Shown here: piece after piece, positions 61,510-64,000 of the stretch
How the letters are laid out: each line of letters begins with the position of its first letter
Position numbering within the stretch: position 1 is the stretch's first letter
From: Eutreptiella sp. 'Long Island Sound 2002'
Lineage: Eukaryota > Protista > Euglenida
NCBI GenBank assembly: GCA_964036045.1
Contig: OZ038378.1
Location: 171,802,001-171,866,000 of the forward strand
Length of the DNA: 64,000 nucleotides
Direction: 5' to 3'
Translations under genes and position numbers: made by a program
The notes under the pieces: model-generated
What the model saw: the letters and a program-made list of their open reading frames with translations, nothing else
The model's database searches: none
What the model was told of the DNA's origin: nothing

Positions 61510-62814
61510 GTGTGCCTTTGCCATGTGCATGTCCCTGCCCTCCCTGCCTGTGCACTGTCCATGCTTCCGAGGTCTGATGGAGCCCCCAATGTTTGCACAG
61601 ACCATGCTTGAACAAGATGCTGCACCCACCAATTGAAGGTTGCATTGTGGGGGATGATTCGCTGCTTGGGAGGTGGTTGCTGTCAGTACGCACGCTCGCC
61701 CTGACCTTTGTAGCGTACGTCTTGCTCAGTACATGCACTTTTGTGATCTTTCTCATCTGCACTCCTGTGTATGGCAGTACTGTTCACCTTGCCCACCTGG
61801 TGGTTCTGACGTTCATTTCTTCTGCCGCCGGCAATGTTGGAGATACTGAGGAACCACGGAGGAACATAAACGGCCAAAGGAGAAGAAGATGTGCAAGGCA
61901 TCCACCTGCAATCACCAGAATCCGTCCAAAGTCCGTCAGGAAATGATAGCAACCATCTAGAGTCCACCAGGAAATAACAGCAACCATCCAGGGTCCAAAC
62001 ATTGATGCACGCAAAACAACAGTGGTGCAAAATCAATCGCAAATTTTTATGTTTTCTGGGCTCTGCACTTATGCAAATTCAACGTTCACAAAATTGAATC
62101 ACAGCTACTCGTATCTGCAAACCCGCCAAACACTGGGTGGCCCCAAACAATACCCTCACGTAGCGAAAAATGAACACACCACACCACATAGCCCACACCC
62201 CCACCCCAACCCCCCTTTTTTGAATTTTGGTGTGGAGGGCGTTTGAAGCATGTTATCCGATTTCTGAGAAGCCCCCCCCCCCCCCCGTGATCGGTTTGAT
62301 CTGATAGGTGGACAGTGCATCATACTGATCAAGGACAGGCTGATGATCTCCTCACTTGTAGAGCAGCCTTACCCAACCGTCCAGACTGTGGTCATCCCCA
62401 GCAAGGATCCGATCACGGGTGTGCACAGGACTGCAGGACAACTGCTAACTCCCTCCCTCCGTATGAGATCATGTGGCTCAGCTGCCATGGCAATATGATG
62501 CCTGACCAGAGGTGCACAGTTCAATCTTCGATGGAGCATGAATGATAACATTGAGCTGTCCCAGGTGCCGGGGTGATGTCCTTGGCGAACCTGCGAGCCG
62601 GAAGGGATTAATAACGGTTTGCTGGTGATCCCAGACATCGAGCGGGTATTGCACCTCGACGGTTTGCTGGTGATCCCAGACATCGAGCGGGTATTGCACC
62701 TGTATCTCTGCCAACTCCGTCCCTCCGAAACTCCCTGCATGTGCAGTATGGTGCTTCGATTGAGTTCCCACTCCCCCATTGCTACTTTCGCTCTTCTCTC
62801 TTCTCTCTCTCCAG

Positions 62815-62855
62815 GAGAAACTACGTCTGCAGCTGTGGAGAAAGCTCAGTCACAG
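62815..62855 (+). CDS. Plastid-targeted protein exon 3 (GETTSAAVEKAQSQ)
   Basis: Long pyrimidine tract plus CCAG acceptor, phase 1 matching exon 2; donor CAG|GTGTGT. Confidence 0.65.
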
Positions 62856-63315
62856 GTGTGTCATAGTGCGGTTGTTGCCAAGTGGGATCGCACTACCGCA
62901 TCCCACAAGCTGCATTTGCGTTCCAAGGGCAAATCAGCGCTGCAGTGCATTGCTATCCTATTGACAATCAGCACATGGCATTGAGATACAGAGCCTGAAT
63001 AGCCCTGCTGGAAAACTTCCTACCCGCTCTACCCCATCTATACACGCTGGGCGGTTGGGATACAGGACCGGCACACACTGTACTGCATCAGTATGGGTGG
63101 TGCTCCTGCATGGCCAGTATTGAAGGATGTTTATTTTAGGGTTGCGATGTTCTCCACTGAGATTTAGTGTGGGGTGCCATCATTGTGTAATGCAATCCTG
63201 TGCCGTATGAGCGCACTGTAGATGCCAAACCCGCAGATCCTGGGTGTTCTGTATGCCCCTCACGGACGTTTTGTTGATGCCAACCATGCAGGTTGTGGGT
63301 CTGTTCTGTATGCAG

Positions 63316-63342
63316 GGATCTGGATGTGCTTGGGACCCTAAG
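63316..63342 (+). CDS. Possible exon 4 of the plastid-targeted protein (GSGCAWDPK)
   Basis: TATGCAG acceptor, phase 0, and AAG|GTGACC donor; too short to verify. Confidence 0.25.
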
Positions 63343-63964
63343 GTGACCAGCCCAGATGAGACTGGAGCCTCCATCGCTGATGTTTACTTGTTTCCCTCTG
63401 ATATGAGGCTGAGGGGGTCACGCTGCAGGGTAACCCCCTCTCAAGACCTCGCAGCCCCCCCCCCCCCCCTGTAGGGCCCCAGTGAACAAAGGCCCCATGG
63501 AAGGACCCGTATACTCTACTACAGTACATAACCATTTAAGCATTTAACGCCCACTTCCAGCAACTAGGCAGAGAGCCTGCACCCCATCCCGACCTGGGTG
63601 TCCGCTTCAGGGGACCACCTCGTCAGGAGCACCAAAGGGAGGGGTCAACAGGGTGGCAAGCTGAACTCATCTGAATTGGTTTGTGCTCCCACAAGGCACC
63701 CAATGACACAGCTCCATGCCACGGACCACTGGCAAGGAGCAACAAGCCCGGGGCCTAACAGGGAATGCCAGGAGATCTCTGCAAGGGGGATGGGGGCAGG
63801 TGGGTTCGGGGCAGGTTCTTCACACCCGCCACCATTGGCAGCCGACCAAGCTTTGGAAGGTCCAGTGAGCTGCGTTTGGCAGGGAACTGGGAGACACCGT
63901 CAGGGTGAGGAGCAATGATGGGTGGGAACCCTTTGGCAACAAAGGCCCTGTTGGTACACTCCCT

Positions 63965-63967
<3 letters not shown>

Positions 63968-64000
<33 letters not shown>
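63968..64000 (+). repeat. (CA)n microsatellite running off the window end
   Basis: Directly visible. Confidence 0.9.

Noticed and set aside
62615-62701. 45-bp direct duplication
   Set aside because: Only two adjacent copies; an ordinary local tandem duplication.

Overview
Repeat-rich eukaryotic nuclear DNA, most likely from a photosynthetic euglenid. This is inferred from a Euglena-type class I bipartite plastid presequence, GC-AG introns and putative spliced-leader acceptors. Three host genes were read by hand. (1) An intronless 872-aa protein at 23929-26547 with a PKGGAA repeat and two tandem, catalytically degenerate DEAD-box RecA1 domains. (2) An 11-exon, ~454-aa unknown protein spread over 33205-53672, with an internal repeat, several GC donors, a 30-nt intron and an unexplained in-frame TGA. 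(3) The 5' exons of a plastid-targeted protein from 59587. The rest is mostly transposon-derived. The most striking element is an L1/Tx1-like LINE family (copies at 17748-23230 and 3649-5677, plus tiny 3' fragments). It encodes RT, a CCHC finger and a cellular-type RNase H, followed by an extra 213-aa ORF under apparent purifying selection, a tRNA-like Pol III cassette with terminator, and a (GA)n tract. It ends in a fixed, tail-less 3' end (..CTCATGG) that abuts C-rich target-site duplications. A diverged homologue of the extra ORF follows a different, DIRS/Ngaro-type RNase H at 6775-7767. Also present are Sola-like, Harbinger-like, hAT-like and Ty3/gypsy remnants, a MITE with homopolymer ends, and a non-coding element flanked by telomere-like repeats. 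All assignments were made by eye; no database searches were run.
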